From Diplonema japonicum (Eukaryota > Protista > Euglenozoa: Diplonemea), in assembly GCA_964019335.1 (NCBI GenBank), contig OZ025668.1, positions 496,001 through 560,000 on the forward strand: a DNA stretch of 64,000 bases. The letters are read 5' to 3'. Below are positions 35,995-47,211 of this stretch, piece after piece; position 1 is the stretch's first letter; every line of letters begins with the position of its first letter. The notes beneath the pieces are model-generated. The model ran no database searches, was not told the origin of the DNA, and saw only the letters and a list, made by a program, of their open reading frames with translations. The position numbers and the translations under genes were made by a program.

Positions 35995-36490
35995 AGGGGC
36001 CTCATTATTTAACGCGAAATCGCCATTATTTAACTAGTTAAATAATGAGATTTTGCAGTTAAATAATGGCCCTTCAGAGTGGAAAAATGAGTCTCGCCGT
36101 GGAAAAAAATGTACCCAACCCCTTGAAAACTTTTTTTGGGGTGGGCGTATTTTGACTATTTTTGGCCATCTGAGGCCATTCCAGCCCTTAAAAGTGGGAA
36201 TAAGTGCCTTACTTCCCCTTTAAATGCCACGGCGAAACAGCAACCCCATATTACCTTAGGAAAATCCCCAAAAAGGCTGACCTGCGTGGCAGTGAAAGCA
36301 GTGAAGAGTGAGTGACTCAAATGACGAAGAGTGAAATAAAACGACTTACTTGCCGCCAAATGAGCCATTATTTAACTCTCGTTACCCGTTTTTTTGCACG
36401 AGGGCCCTGCGGGCCGTAGGGCCCTCGTGCAAAAAATTCGGGAACTCAAGTTAAATAATGACTCATAATTTGTTGGCAATAAATAGTTAT
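35995..36490. repeat. Double-palindrome element with iterated CATTATTTAAC motif (possible non-autonomous mobile element)
   Basis: Imperfect hairpins at about 35995-36073 and 36350-36479; six copies of the 11-mer in inverted pairs; degenerate partial copy at about 37054-37125. Confidence 0.7.
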
Positions 36491-37442
36491 TTCTTTGTTG
36501 CTCCAACTGCTGAATTGGACAACAATAACACACAAAAAATTTTATATATGCCCACACATTTTTTTTTCTTTCTTTCCAACTCCCCCCAAAAAGAAATTTA
36601 ATATTTCAGATCAAAATATTTTGTGGACACTGCTACTCTTTTATTTTTAGCAAACAATCAATTGTCGGCATATTGTTTTCCTTGTTCTTGTAGGGGGGGG
36701 GGGGGGGGAAGAAAGACAACAATCTGATCTGAAGGGACATCTGCTGTCTGGCATGGTGTCGTGTGAGAAGAGTGGTCTTCTGTTATTCTTAATGCACCAC
36801 GCCCCCCCCCCCCCCCCCCCCCTTCATACTTTTTTTTTTAAATGTCAAAAAGAAAAAAATAAAAAAGAAACAATTATTTTGAGGCATGCGTTTTTGCGCT
36901 CACCAGAGGGTGCCATTTAACCATTAAAGGGAGGCATAAAAAAAAACCCATCCTACCGTTCTTTTTTTTCCCTCTTCCATATTTTCTTTTTTTTTTTTAA
37001 TTCTCTTTTCTATTTTAAAGTCGACCCAGATATTGAATGCGGCCATACTTGTAGCAGTGAGTGGAACCCAAATGCCGAAGGGAAGAATAGAACTACTTAC
37101 TTGCTGCCAAATGAGTCACTATTTATTTTATTTTATTTTTTTTTCTAACAAAAAAAAGGTTTGTATCAATTCCTTGCCGAGATACTAAAGTACAAAAAAA
37201 AAGAAAGAAAAAAAGAAAGTAAAACTAGCAACAGAAGAAGAACACCACGGACGTAAAAAATGGCAAAAAAAAACCCCCCCCTGGGGGGAGGGGGGAAAAA
37301 ATTGGAAAAAGAAACTGGTATTTTGTCAGTCCCACCTTTTCCTTTTTTTTTTTTTTAAAAAAAATAATCTATTCCCGTTCTAATGTATTTTTTTTTTTTT
37401 ATTCCAAACGTGATTCCCAATTCTTTTTTTTTTTTTTTTTTT

Positions 37443-38615
37443 TTAAAGGAACGAGAACGCACTCACAGCGTGCTCCGGCTTCACAATCATACACATTACA
37501 CAACCAGTCTGTCTCAGCGAGAATTCCTTCCCAGCAACCTCGAAGTACGACACCCCAGTGAACGTCAACAGAGCAAAATTAACAGACGCCTGAAAACACG
37601 CAGCAAGAAGAAAAGCAACAAACGCAACAAAGAAAACCCGATACCACATACTGTACTTGGAATTGAGCGCTTTTGGCGGTTTGACCGCAAAATTGATGAG
37701 GACTTTCCCCAACAACGCCAGCGGGCCGAGGATCCAGATATACAGAACAAATCCCGGGATAACATGCGTAATAATAACTGGGAAGAGCAGAACAAGAAGG
37801 ATGCTCGAAGTCAGCTCCTGCATAATGGGCTTCTTCTCACCCATGATTTCAAGGTCCTCGCTGAGTAAATGGAGTTGCTTCAAGTCCTTCTGAGTTACCT
37901 TGTCTTTTGTGACCAGATATTCAGTTTTTACAAACCCGATACCTTCACAGAACCCGACAGGGACCATTGCCTTGTCGTGGTCTCCACATATATTCACAAC
38001 AGCCCCATTTGACAATGTCCCGATGGGTTGGCCCTCTTGGTCGAAAACGGTAATCATCTCACCGGTTTCATTCCAAGCGACCTTCGGCGGGCATTTCAAC
38101 TGTTCAGTTTTTTGTTGCAATTGTTTTTTTTTGATATCACGAATACGGAGCATGAAGGAGGACAGTGATGGGCAGATGCACCCTGTGACCATGAAACTAA
38201 TAACACCGCTGTTAACCCACAGGGCGTAGAGGAGTTGGTATTTGTCCCATCTTGTGAGGCTTACATCGTCGCCTACTAGTTGCGGGAGGCGGGGTACTTC
38301 GAAGAGGTCGAAGATTGACCCGACCAACCATGTGAAGTGGAACAGGTGGAGAGACGCTTGCGGTATTAAAAACAGCAGGGAAGGCTTCCATATAGATGTC
38401 ATTAAAAGCGTCCCGAAATTGTCGCACCGCCGGTACCACACCAGCGTGGCCAAGACGTTCAACAACGCCAGGAACCCAAGCGATATCAACAGCCAGTAGT
38501 ACGGAAATAAAACCACGTAATGATCGATCACCTCCGGGCACCCGCATGCCTCAAACTCGTCCTGTGCGGGGGACGTCCACAATGCTGGTGGCGTAACATT
38601 CGTCATATTTGACAT
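37443..38615 (-). CDS. Multi-pass membrane protein of unknown function with SH3-like insert
   Basis: 390 aa ORF with several hydrophobic helices; IGTLSNGAVVNI..GIGFVKTEYL. Confidence 0.75.
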   Translation of the reverse strand: MSNMTNVTPPALWTSPAQDEFEACGCPEVIDHYVVLFPYYWLLISLGFLALLNVLATLVWYRRCDNFGTLLMTSIWKPSLLFLIPQASLHLFHFTWLVGSIFDLFEVPRLPQLVGDDVSLTRWDKYQLLYALWVNSGVISFMVTGCICPSLSSFMLRIRDIKKKQLQQKTEQLKCPPKVAWNETGEMITVFDQEGQPIGTLSNGAVVNICGDHDKAMVPVGFCEGIGFVKTEYLVTKDKVTQKDLKQLHLLSEDLEIMGEKKPIMQELTSSILLVLLFPVIITHVIPGFVLYIWILGPLALLGKVLINFAVKPPKALNSKYSMWYRVFFVAFVAFLLAACFQASVNFALLTFTGVSYFEVAGKEFSLRQTGCVMCMIVKPEHAVSAFSFL

Positions 38616-39155
38616 TATTATTATTTTTTTTTGTGTGTTCCCTTTGAATAGAATTAGTTGAGGGGGAATAATTGGAGGGGGGGGGAGTACTTAACATAAA
38701 TTTTTTTTCCCATCATAGTATTCGGAATTCTTTTCTTGCTTTTTTTTTTTCCGTTCTTCTTATTTTTTTATAGTACGGGGAGGGGGGGGGGAATTTTTTT
38801 TGCGGGGATAAAAAAGTCAATTTATTTGTTGTACCTTTTATTTCTTCGTCCCACCCGTTAGGGTGGAGAGGAAAGTGAGTCGAAAAAAAAAAGAAAAAAT
38901 AAGGGAAGGGGGTGAGGGGAAAGGGTTACCAAGGGGGGAGACAGGGAGGAGGGGAAAAGAAAGAATAAAAAAGCAATTGAAACATATTATTCTTTCTCTC
39001 TCTCCCTTGTAAAGCCAATTGAATGACCCAGTGTTCGTTTGCGCGCTGTAAAAATGACTATCAATAGACACGCCCCCCTGTAGCGAAACGGGAGGGGAAA
39101 GGGGAATGGGGGGGGTGGGATGGGAGGGAAAGGGTAAGAGCAGACCGTAGGTCCG

Positions 39156-40493
39156 CTAGTAGGGTAAATAATCATCGGCTTCGAATGCTTCTCTCTCGGA
39201 CCCTATGGACCTGCGACCCGCAGAAAACGTAGAGTCAGAATCGTATTGAAATTCATGAGGAGAGAGCTCCGAAGGCTCACGGGGGGTAGGGATGGGTGCA
39301 AGCATGGGTGGCGTGTCTTCCTTTGGCATCATCGGCTCCCACACGCCTTTCTGCTCGGAAAACTCTAATTCCTTGTCCTTTGCTGCAGCGGCTCCCTTGC
39401 AACAACATACATAAACTAACACCACGATTGCTATCAACAAGGCCAACCCGCCTAGCACCGCACCTATCCACCACATTGATGCCTCGTCCTCTTCCTGAGG
39501 CACCGGCGGTGGCGGGTTTGGGGTTGGCGGTGCGAAGGTGGCACCAGGGGGGAGAGGCGTCGGGGGGGCAACCGTGTCCTTTGGCGACAGGGTCACAGCA
39601 GCAGGGGCTCCGGTAGCCGGTGCCGATGTAACCCCAGGGGGTTGCTGTGGAGCAGAGGTAGCAGGCGCCGATGTGCTAGGAACACCTGTCGTCGGAGCAC
39701 CTGTTGCGGGAGCACCCGTCGCTGGGGCAAGAGTAGGAGGCACGGCAGGCGTATTGGTATCAGGCGCTGGTGTCTTTGGTGATGGTGTCTTCGGGGCGGG
39801 TGTCTTCGGGGCAGGGGTATCGGGGGCTTGCGTAAGAGGAGCTGGTGTGGGGGGGAAGTCTTTGACTCCGCAGTCAGCTCCCTTCCACCCACCAAAGCAA
39901 AGGCATTCGCACGTCATGGCAGTTGGGTCGCCGACAAGCTTCCCGCCAGTGCCGTCGTTATTCACCACACACGCTCCGCCTGTGACGTCAGTGGCTGCAC
40001 ACTCGGCAGGGGTGGGCGAGAAGACGTTGAAGCAGCTTGCGGACCCGCCAGGGGCATCGATCAAAGAGGCGGCACTGTATGTGATCTCGCCATCGGCGGG
40101 GCCGGGGTTGAAAATTTCAATGCTGAATTCCTCAGCTGTTTGATAGCATTTTTCACTCAACGGCTGCGACCCATACACGTAGCTACAGTACCCACATGTT
40201 CGGGCGAAACCCACAGTGTCCACCCCGTCAGTTGCTAGCCAGCACCCGCTGTCCCGTCGTGTGTTGGTGCTGACAAGGGTGGACTCAGTGAAATCAGCTG
40301 AGTAAGTCCATTGCACAGCCTTGTTGGGGTCCATGTTGATGCTTATAACTGCACACGTCTGCTTCGGTACTTGGATCTTGATGTCACCCGTTCCTAGTTG
40401 CAGAGTGCTCTTCAGTGCTGGGTACAAGGGTGGTGGTGGGGCAACAATGCATGGCAGAGTAACCACCGAAATCAAGCATTTTAGTAGTTTCAT
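39156..40493 (-). CDS. Type I membrane/surface protein with EGF-like Cys motif and (P.T.A)n Pro/Thr stalk
   Basis: Signal peptide, CECLCFGGWKGADC, APDTPAPKTPAP repeats, TM WWIGAVLGGLALLIAIVVLVYVCCC. Confidence 0.85.
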   Translation of the reverse strand: MKLLKCLISVVTLPCIVAPPPPLYPALKSTLQLGTGDIKIQVPKQTCAVISINMDPNKAVQWTYSADFTESTLVSTNTRRDSGCWLATDGVDTVGFARTCGYCSYVYGSQPLSEKCYQTAEEFSIEIFNPGPADGEITYSAASLIDAPGGSASCFNVFSPTPAECAATDVTGGACVVNNDGTGGKLVGDPTAMTCECLCFGGWKGADCGVKDFPPTPAPLTQAPDTPAPKTPAPKTPSPKTPAPDTNTPAVPPTLAPATGAPATGAPTTGVPSTSAPATSAPQQPPGVTSAPATGAPAAVTLSPKDTVAPPTPLPPGATFAPPTPNPPPPVPQEEDEASMWWIGAVLGGLALLIAIVVLVYVCCCKGAAAAKDKELEFSEQKGVWEPMMPKEDTPPMLAPIPTPREPSELSPHEFQYDSDSTFSAGRRSIGSEREAFEADDYLPY

Positions 40494-40614
40494 TCCATCC
40501 TGTGGTTTATGGAAGGGGGAAGGGAAGAAGCTGACAAGTACGGTTGCAAAAAAAATAAAAAGAATAACAGAAATATCGATCTACTGTACTATATTCTGCT
40601 GGCCTGTTCCACAC

Positions 40615-40684
40615 CTACCTTGTGCAAGGCTTCCCATAATCTCGTTCGCACCTCTTGAAGCTGGAATGGTAATGTTTAAGAGGG

Positions 40685-40742
<58 letters not shown>

Positions 40743-41364
40743 GAAAAGCACTATACCTCTTCCACCCCTAAGGCATCGTTCACCTCTCCCTTCGCTAGCA
40801 TTAATTCCTCCGAAAGCGCTTTCACTTCCATCTGTGTTTACTTATCTTCCCTCCCTGCCTACATACCTCTCTTCTGAAAGCTACAATCTGCAACGCTTGC
40901 ACGTTCACCTCGTCTGGATGAAGGAGATTGGAAGTGTAGTAGGAGGCAAGGGAGGGCAGTGAGGTGCCATACGAGGTGGCCTTTGTAGTTTTTTTGACTT
41001 CGAAGGACACAAGGGGTGATGAGAAGGTAGAGTAAGTGGCGGGGCATTTCAGGTCAAGGGTCAGAACCCAGGCCATCCCGACCCGTGGTTGGGAAACCCC
41101 TAAACCCCTGATGTCATTCCTCGAAATAGTCATTCGTGAAATTGCATCTTTGTCCCCACTGCTCACCAGTGCTACTATGTTCTTGGAATCGAACATCAAG
41201 ACGTAGTCGATCAACAGCACACGCCCTCCTAGCTTCAATGCGCTGCACCTTACATTCTCCAACGGCGGAGGGCCCACCTCTACTTTTTTCTTCTTCGTCT
41301 TCTTCGGAGACTCAAAGCCATCCTCGTCCTCCCTCCGCCTCCGTGCCGCCCTCTTTGGGGGCAT
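40615..41364 (-). CDS. Basic, probably nuclear protein of unknown function; intron 40832-40866; 3' exon structure uncertain
   Basis: MPPKRAARRRR..PKKTKKKK NLS-like start; a 35-nt GTATGT..CACAG intron continues the frame as MEVKALSEEL.. Confidence 0.55.
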
Positions 41365-41629
41365 TCTCCCTGATGGGGTTGTAATGTTAAGAAGAAATAA
41401 AAAAAAAAAAAAAAAGAAAACACAAAATAAGAACAATATAATACGTATTTCAAGACCTGTTAAAAAAAAAAAAAAAAAATACGGTGGAAAAAAAAAAAGA
41501 AGAATTTTACATAGAAATCATAACGACGATCTAAGGGGGGGAAAACAAAAAACAGTGGGGGGGGGGTTTAATAAATCTAACACCGATACCGATCTACTTT
41601 GAAAAAAAAAGAGAAAGAAATAACTTTCT

Positions 41630-44600
41630 TTACACAAACTCGCTGACTCTGCTCCCCGAGTCGTCCAATTTCTCATCTGTGCATGAAATGCAATGGTGAA
41701 GGTGCATACCTTCTGGGTGAATATGTTCCACGGCTGCGGTGATGAGCGGTCCAAGGTCCTCAGTGACGTTGGAGTCCTGCAGTGGTTGAAGAATTAAAAG
41801 GATGGTTTGGGATACCTGTTGAATCTGCTGAGAGAGACGACGCCTCCTTGCCACGCGTATGAGCTCGTCTTCCTCTGCTTCGGTTGTTTGTCTGGACATG
41901 CGTCTCTCGTCTGTGGCCTCGCTGCTCCCGTCGTCTAGCTGCGTCCCGGCATAGACGAACACACTGCCCACTTGCCTGTCCCATTCGGGGTCGTTGGGCG
42001 TTTTGTAAGTTGTGGTGAGGAACGCAGGCCTTGGTGTTGGTTCCTTCCGCACTGGAAGGTCGGCCAGCACTGGAAGCGTCTTCAGATATGGATGCTTGTC
42101 CTCCTGGCTGGACGGTGTGCTTCGCTCAGGCTCAGCAACACTCTGACTGTGAGTACTCATTCCACTTCTCGGTGCGCTGGGTACACTTGGTGCAGAACTG
42201 AACCCACTTGAGCCGCTTCGTATACTCTGCGCACGTGGCGGGAGCCCATTCCCACTGCTGCTTCTACTCCCGCTTGCACTTCTAGAACTAGGATGGACCT
42301 TGCTCATGTCGAATGAAAACAACGGCGAGTTCCCTCTGCTGTACGCGGACACCGGAGTGCCGACCCCCACTCCAATGCCAACGCCTGGTACAGATCCATT
42401 GCCTACACCTACACTCACACCAGGGATTGGTTTCTTGCTCTGCATCTGTAAAGAGTACGCCTTGGTCATGAGCTCCATTTGGTTGGTGTTGGCTTCGTCT
42501 TGTATCTCCATCTGCTTCTGCACTTGTTCCTGTTCTAGCAGGAGCAGGGCGCGTTCGGTATTTGCCTTCACCGTCTGTACATCGTGTGCTTTGGTTGTGT
42601 GGTTCAACGCCTCCTGTGCCTCTAGCAGCTGTTTCGCTTGTCCCGCCTTCGTCTGTTGGTCTTTCACCACCTGATCGTCCATGTATGCCAACTGCAGCTT
42701 GTATTTCTCCTCGACAAGCCTGACTTCTTCTTGGTACTGTTGTTCCAAGGTTTTACGTACTTGTTTGATCTGTTTATCATGCTCCTCCTGCATGGTGCTG
42801 GTGGCAATGCGTACCTCGTTCTCGTAGTGACCGTCGAGCCTGACTTTCAGCTGCTGCAATTCGAAATTTATCTCTTGCTGGTTGCTGTCTTTCAATCTCT
42901 GAATAAGACATTTCTGCTCATGTACCTCTTGCTCCATCTGTTGTTTGATGGTAAACAGCTCGGAGTGGCACTGCTGAACTTGATAGTCGGCGTCCGCTGC
43001 GACGCGTTGCATCTCCTGTCGGTGCTCTTCCAGAGAGATGAAGTCACCTTGCATTTCAAGCGGGCGTTTCGGTGATTCAAAGCTATGCTGCTCTTGCAGC
43101 TGCAGCTGCTGCTCATTTTCATTAAGCTTCTGCTGCAGCTGCAGCACGTGCTTGCCCTGCGCTTCCAAAGCATCCCGTGTTTGCTGTTGGGCTTCATCCT
43201 GTTGCTCCTGATGCCGCGTCTGGAGAGCTGTCACTTCCTCAGCATGTTCCGCTCGCAACTGTTGCAGCATCAGTTTTTGTGTTTTTTGCTCCTCTTCCTG
43301 CTGGAGCCGCTGCTGGTGCATCTCCAGCCTCACCTGCTTCACTTCCTTCTCGTACTGTTTCTTCAACACCTCAACCTTGTCCTCCGCCAGAGATTTGATG
43401 TGTTCTTCCTGCTGTGCTTCCATCTTGGCCGCAAGCGCGAACTTTCTCTCCTTGAGTTCGAATTCATGCTGCATCTGAGACATGCGAAGCTCCAACTCTT
43501 GAAAGCGTTGTTCCCCTTCATGCTGCGTTGTCTGCAGTTGTGTTTGGTGGTCGTGGCGCTGTGCTTGGAGAGAGGCCTGTAGCTGTTTGAGCTGGCTGTT
43601 GAGCTGCCTATTCTTGTGCCGTTCGTCGAGGACCTCTTGCTGGTTCGCAAACTGCACGTCTTGGAGGCCGCTCAGCTGGCGCACCTGTACTTCGTACTCC
43701 GCAACCTTGCTCGCGAGACTTTTATTCGTCTCCCTCTCCTCTGCAAAACGCACATCCTGATCACGATTTTCCTTCAAAAGTGTTTCTGCTTCTTTGTGAC
43801 TCCTTCCTAACTTTGCTGCTTCTTCTGCCAACGCCTGCTCATGCTCGTAAACCAAATCATCGATTTGTTGTTGCAACTCACGGATCTTGGCATTCGCAGT
43901 TCGCAGTTTCTCATCTGTGCCCTGCTCTCTCTTAAGTCTCGATTTCAGTGTATCGATATCGTCCCTGAGGCGTGAGATCTCCACCAGGTGTTCCTTGTTT
44001 TTGGTCCCTTGCGTCTCATTCTCGATCTCTAGCTCCGACATTTTAGTGATCTCGTGTTTCAGGTTGGTGATGACGGTGTCCCTCTCCACGATGGTCTCCT
44101 CCAGGCGCTTGATGAGGCCTTGGTTGGCGTCATCGAAGTAAATTTCTTCATGAGCAGAGGCGGGGGCAGGGATTGGAGCCGTGGCAGGCCCTCCCAATTC
44201 AGTATCCATCGCAGGGGCTTGCGCGCTGTGCATCTGACTCAGGTCCCTCTTTCCCCCTACTATTCCCCCATTAATCAGCTGCTGCATCTGGGCACGCTGT
44301 TCCTGCATCAATATATAAACCATCTGCTGCTGGTCCTCGTACCGTCTTTCTTGATGCTCCAGCTCTCTTTCCATCTTTTGCATGTTTTGCTTTCCCATGG
44401 TTGTCTGATGCTCCTTGAAGTACCCCTTTACTTGCTCCTGCTGCTTCTCCAGCACTGTTTCGACGAACCGTTGCTGTTGCTTCTGGTTCTCCTTCAGGAG
44501 CTCGTACAGGCGCGTCTCATGTGTCTTCTGTTTGTCGTTCAGCTTGTTGTGTTTTTTCGCGAGTGACGACACGAGGTCCTCTTCAGTGTGTGCCTCACGT

Positions 44601-45577
44601 TTGCGGAGGATGGCAGCTGCCCACGTGGCATCGGCGGTGTCGAGGTGCATGTCTCCGCTTGCACTGGCGCTTTGCCGTATCTTTGTAAGCAGCCTGTTGT
44701 GGTAGTCCTCATCATCTTGGCCCTCAACTTCCTCGTAGATTTGGTGCCGCACACCATTCCCGTTCCGTCTGCGCTTCTCCGGTGCCGGGGGGCTCAGCCT
44801 GCTGACAGACTGTTTCCAGGGCTTCACACGTCTTTTCTCCTCTTTCATTTTCGCCACCTCGTGGTCCACTTGATTGCACATCACCTGCAGCTCACCCAAA
44901 GCCTGTCTGCACTCACGTGTCTCGGTCGCTAGATTTGTGTGCTGCTTTGTGTACTGCTTGACAGTCTCTTGTGCGATCTCTTTGACTTCGGGTGTGCCAA
45001 GCGGCCGCTGCGGCGGTGGCGGTGGTGGCAGTGGAGGAAGAGGATCACTCTCACTTGTGCTGCGCGATGATGGAGGCAGGGAGAGCCGCTTTGTCATAGT
45101 CTCTGGGTTGATTTTCGACAGACGCTGCTGCTCTGTTTCTGCAAAGGACCTCCTTGCTCGGACGAGCTCCTGGTCGGCCTCTGGGTTAGAAGGTTGGTCA
45201 GAAGGCCCTGCAGAAGGGAGAGATGCTGAATGGACCGCGGATGGGATGGAGCGGGGCTCAGGAGGCTCGCTTCCCTCGAGAGAGGGGGTCTTCACTGGTA
45301 GAGCAGTAGGGGTGGCAGGCGGTGGGGGCGGCTCGGTGCTGCTGGGATTCGATCTAGGAAGCTTGTGCATCTCACTGGAGCTTGTCCGACGAGATACACT
45401 GTCGATGGACCTTTGCGTCTGCCTAGAGGATAACGTCACGGGTACTTCAAACCGCTTTTTCTCGACCAACACCTCCCCCCTGTGTAAAGGCAGGGGCGCA
45501 GACCTCCTCAGCCGTACTTCTTGCCTCCCTTCACCCCCTGTGGCAGGCGCAGGCAAGCTTCTGCTCCCTTTGAGCAT
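41630..45577 (-). CDS. Large Gln/Glu-rich coiled-coil protein
   Basis: Open frame of more than 1300 aa with heptad-rich middle; start codon uncertain. Confidence 0.8.
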   Translation of the reverse strand: MLKGSRSLPAPATGGEGRQEVRLRRSAPLPLHRGEVLVEKKRFEVPVTLSSRQTQRSIDSVSRRTSSSEMHKLPRSNPSSTEPPPPPATPTALPVKTPSLEGSEPPEPRSIPSAVHSASLPSAGPSDQPSNPEADQELVRARRSFAETEQQRLSKINPETMTKRLSLPPSSRSTSESDPLPPLPPPPPPQRPLGTPEVKEIAQETVKQYTKQHTNLATETRECRQALGELQVMCNQVDHEVAKMKEEKRRVKPWKQSVSRLSPPAPEKRRRNGNGVRHQIYEEVEGQDDEDYHNRLLTKIRQSASASGDMHLDTADATWAAAILRKREAHTEEDLVSSLAKKHNKLNDKQKTHETRLYELLKENQKQQQRFVETVLEKQQEQVKGYFKEHQTTMGKQNMQKMERELEHQERRYEDQQQMVYILMQEQRAQMQQLINGGIVGGKRDLSQMHSAQAPAMDTELGGPATAPIPAPASAHEEIYFDDANQGLIKRLEETIVERDTVITNLKHEITKMSELEIENETQGTKNKEHLVEISRLRDDIDTLKSRLKREQGTDEKLRTANAKIRELQQQIDDLVYEHEQALAEEAAKLGRSHKEAETLLKENRDQDVRFAEERETNKSLASKVAEYEVQVRQLSGLQDVQFANQQEVLDERHKNRQLNSQLKQLQASLQAQRHDHQTQLQTTQHEGEQRFQELELRMSQMQHEFELKERKFALAAKMEAQQEEHIKSLAEDKVEVLKKQYEKEVKQVRLEMHQQRLQQEEEQKTQKLMLQQLRAEHAEEVTALQTRHQEQQDEAQQQTRDALEAQGKHVLQLQQKLNENEQQLQLQEQHSFESPKRPLEMQGDFISLEEHRQEMQRVAADADYQVQQCHSELFTIKQQMEQEVHEQKCLIQRLKDSNQQEINFELQQLKVRLDGHYENEVRIATSTMQEEHDKQIKQVRKTLEQQYQEEVRLVEEKYKLQLAYMDDQVVKDQQTKAGQAKQLLEAQEALNHTTKAHDVQTVKANTERALLLLEQEQVQKQMEIQDEANTNQMELMTKAYSLQMQSKKPIPGVSVGVGNGSVPGVGIGVGVGTPVSAYSRGNSPLFSFDMSKVHPSSRSASGSRSSSGNGLPPRAQSIRSGSSGFSSAPSVPSAPRSGMSTHSQSVAEPERSTPSSQEDKHPYLKTLPVLADLPVRKEPTPRPAFLTTTYKTPNDPEWDRQVGSVFVYAGTQLDDGSSEATDERRMSRQTTEAEEDELIRVARRRRLSQQIQQVSQTILLILQPLQDSNVTEDLGPLITAAVEHIHPEGMHLHHCISCTDEKLDDSGSRVSEFV

Positions 45578-45856
45578 CTCCCTTTCGGCGCAAATCACCA
45601 CCGCCCGCTCCACAACATGCTCCCCCACCTGCACGTCACCTTTGTTTTGGACCCTAATCTTGATCTTTCTATTCTTCTTACCCTTCTTTACGCGCACATC
45701 TACGAGGGAAGGGAGAGTCCTGTGTTGTGTTATACTTCTGCTTACAAAAACAACTATCTTTTCTCATTTTCGTTTTTTTTCTTTCTTTTTTTTTTTTTTT
45801 GCTTCATCTTTTCTTTCTTTTTCTCTCTCTCTCTCTCTTTTTTTTTTTTTTTTTTT

Positions 45857-46501
45857 TCATTCTTCAGGGGTAATAAGGTCCTGCCAATCCCCGGTCCCTG
45901 TTCGGTAAAGACCTTCTTTGTAGGCAACCTTGTGCAACATTACCTCGAGGCGGCAGGTTTCTTTGAGGGTGATGGGCCGCGGCCGGTTGGAGCGCAGGGC
46001 ATCGTTGATGAGGAACTCTTGAGACGCTTTGCAGATGCCGTTGTTCAGGAGGTTCACAGTATGGAGGGTTGAGTTCTGCGACACGATAGTACGGTGGAGC
46101 TTCACGGCACCCTTGAAGGTGATGGTATTGCCGTACAGCCACAAGGTGTGCACAGAAGAGTTATTCCTGAGGAAATCACAAATTGCCTCCATGCAACCGT
46201 CGGAAACCTGACAGCTGTTTAAATTGATCTTTTTCAGGCTTCGAATGTGTGCCACGGCTTGCAACAACAGCGCCACCCCGTCTTCCCACCGCCCCACTTC
46301 GTTGTGATCCAGATCCAACACCTCTAAGCTGTTGTTCTCTTCAAGGGCATCCAGTAGCCTCTCGAACACTGCCCTTGACATCTTTTTCCCTTGCATGTGA
46401 CCGTAGAAAGACGCGACTGTGACCCCGTTCTCCCTAACTGCTTGTATGAGGTCCTCCGTGCTTATCGCTGCCATCCATTGGTTGTTTGTGCTGACCGACA
46501 T
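45857..46501 (-). CDS. Leucine-rich repeat protein (RNI-like)
   Basis: NNSLEVLDLDHNEVG, SLKKINLNSCQVSDGC, NSSVHTLWLYGNTI, NSTLHTVNLLNNGI. Confidence 0.85.
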   Translation of the reverse strand: MSVSTNNQWMAAISTEDLIQAVRENGVTVASFYGHMQGKKMSRAVFERLLDALEENNSLEVLDLDHNEVGRWEDGVALLLQAVAHIRSLKKINLNSCQVSDGCMEAICDFLRNNSSVHTLWLYGNTITFKGAVKLHRTIVSQNSTLHTVNLLNNGICKASQEFLINDALRSNRPRPITLKETCRLEVMLHKVAYKEGLYRTGTGDWQDLITPEE

Positions 46502-46782
46502 ATGTGTGTGTGTGTTGTTTAAGTGAATGCCCGTAGGGAGGTGCCCGTGGCCCACATCTAGGTGAGGGCTGCTGTTAGATTGACTTACCTCTAAAATCTA
46601 ACAAAAATAAATGCAAACAATGCAGAGTGCTTTTAAAAACACTACTCGCATTTCTGATCTATTCTCGACTCTCCAAACATCTCCCAGTTGCGTAGGGGTG
46701 CTCCTTTTGATTTGTTCAAAATAACGGGCGCCAGGGAAGCTCTTGGTGAGGTACTTTTTGTTGTTCATCACATTCTACTCTC

Positions 46783-46848
46783 GAATCTTGAATGTGTTGC
46801 TTCCAGTGTGCAGGTAAGGATTAACCGCACTTGGTGATCAACATCCTT
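46783..46848 (-). ncRNA. AGA-box H/ACA-like snoRNA (copies near 48008, 48365, 51876)
   Basis: Lower stem GGATGTTG/CAACACATTC, upper stem GTGCGGT/ACCTGCAC, then AGA; target not identified. Confidence 0.6.
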
Positions 46849-46877
46849 GTCTCTTTTCTTTTTTTTCTTCTCAGTGG

Positions 46878-46930
46878 GTGTCTGGGCCCCACCTTAACAC
46901 TTGCCGCCTACAAGTGGTGGTCAGGCAAGC
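46878..46930 (-). ncRNA. AGA-box H/ACA-like snoRNA, possible SSU rRNA guide (copies near 48460, 51979)
   Basis: Upper stem CACTTG/CAAGTG; pockets CCAC and TTAAGG can pair around conserved SSU TCTTAGTTGGTGG; AGA 14 nt below pocket. Confidence 0.6.
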
Positions 46931-47211
46931 TGACTCGGGTGCCGTGCTCAGGAACCAAGAACACAGTTCGTGGCCTCTCGTCTGCTCAACATCCACATCT
47001 CGGGGAAAAGATCTCCTGCGAAGGAAGATGTGAAGCTCCCTTCCAGGGTTGTAATGCCCCTCCAGTCGTGTCGCTTCTCCTGCTCGCTCATCTTGTCAGG
47101 TGAATTTGCCTTTCTCAGCACTGAAGCCTTTCGAGGAAGGTCTAGGTCCGGACTCGGAGGACTTTTGCCTTTCTCCACCTACCCCCTTTCTCGTGCTGAC
47201 CACTAGTTGCC

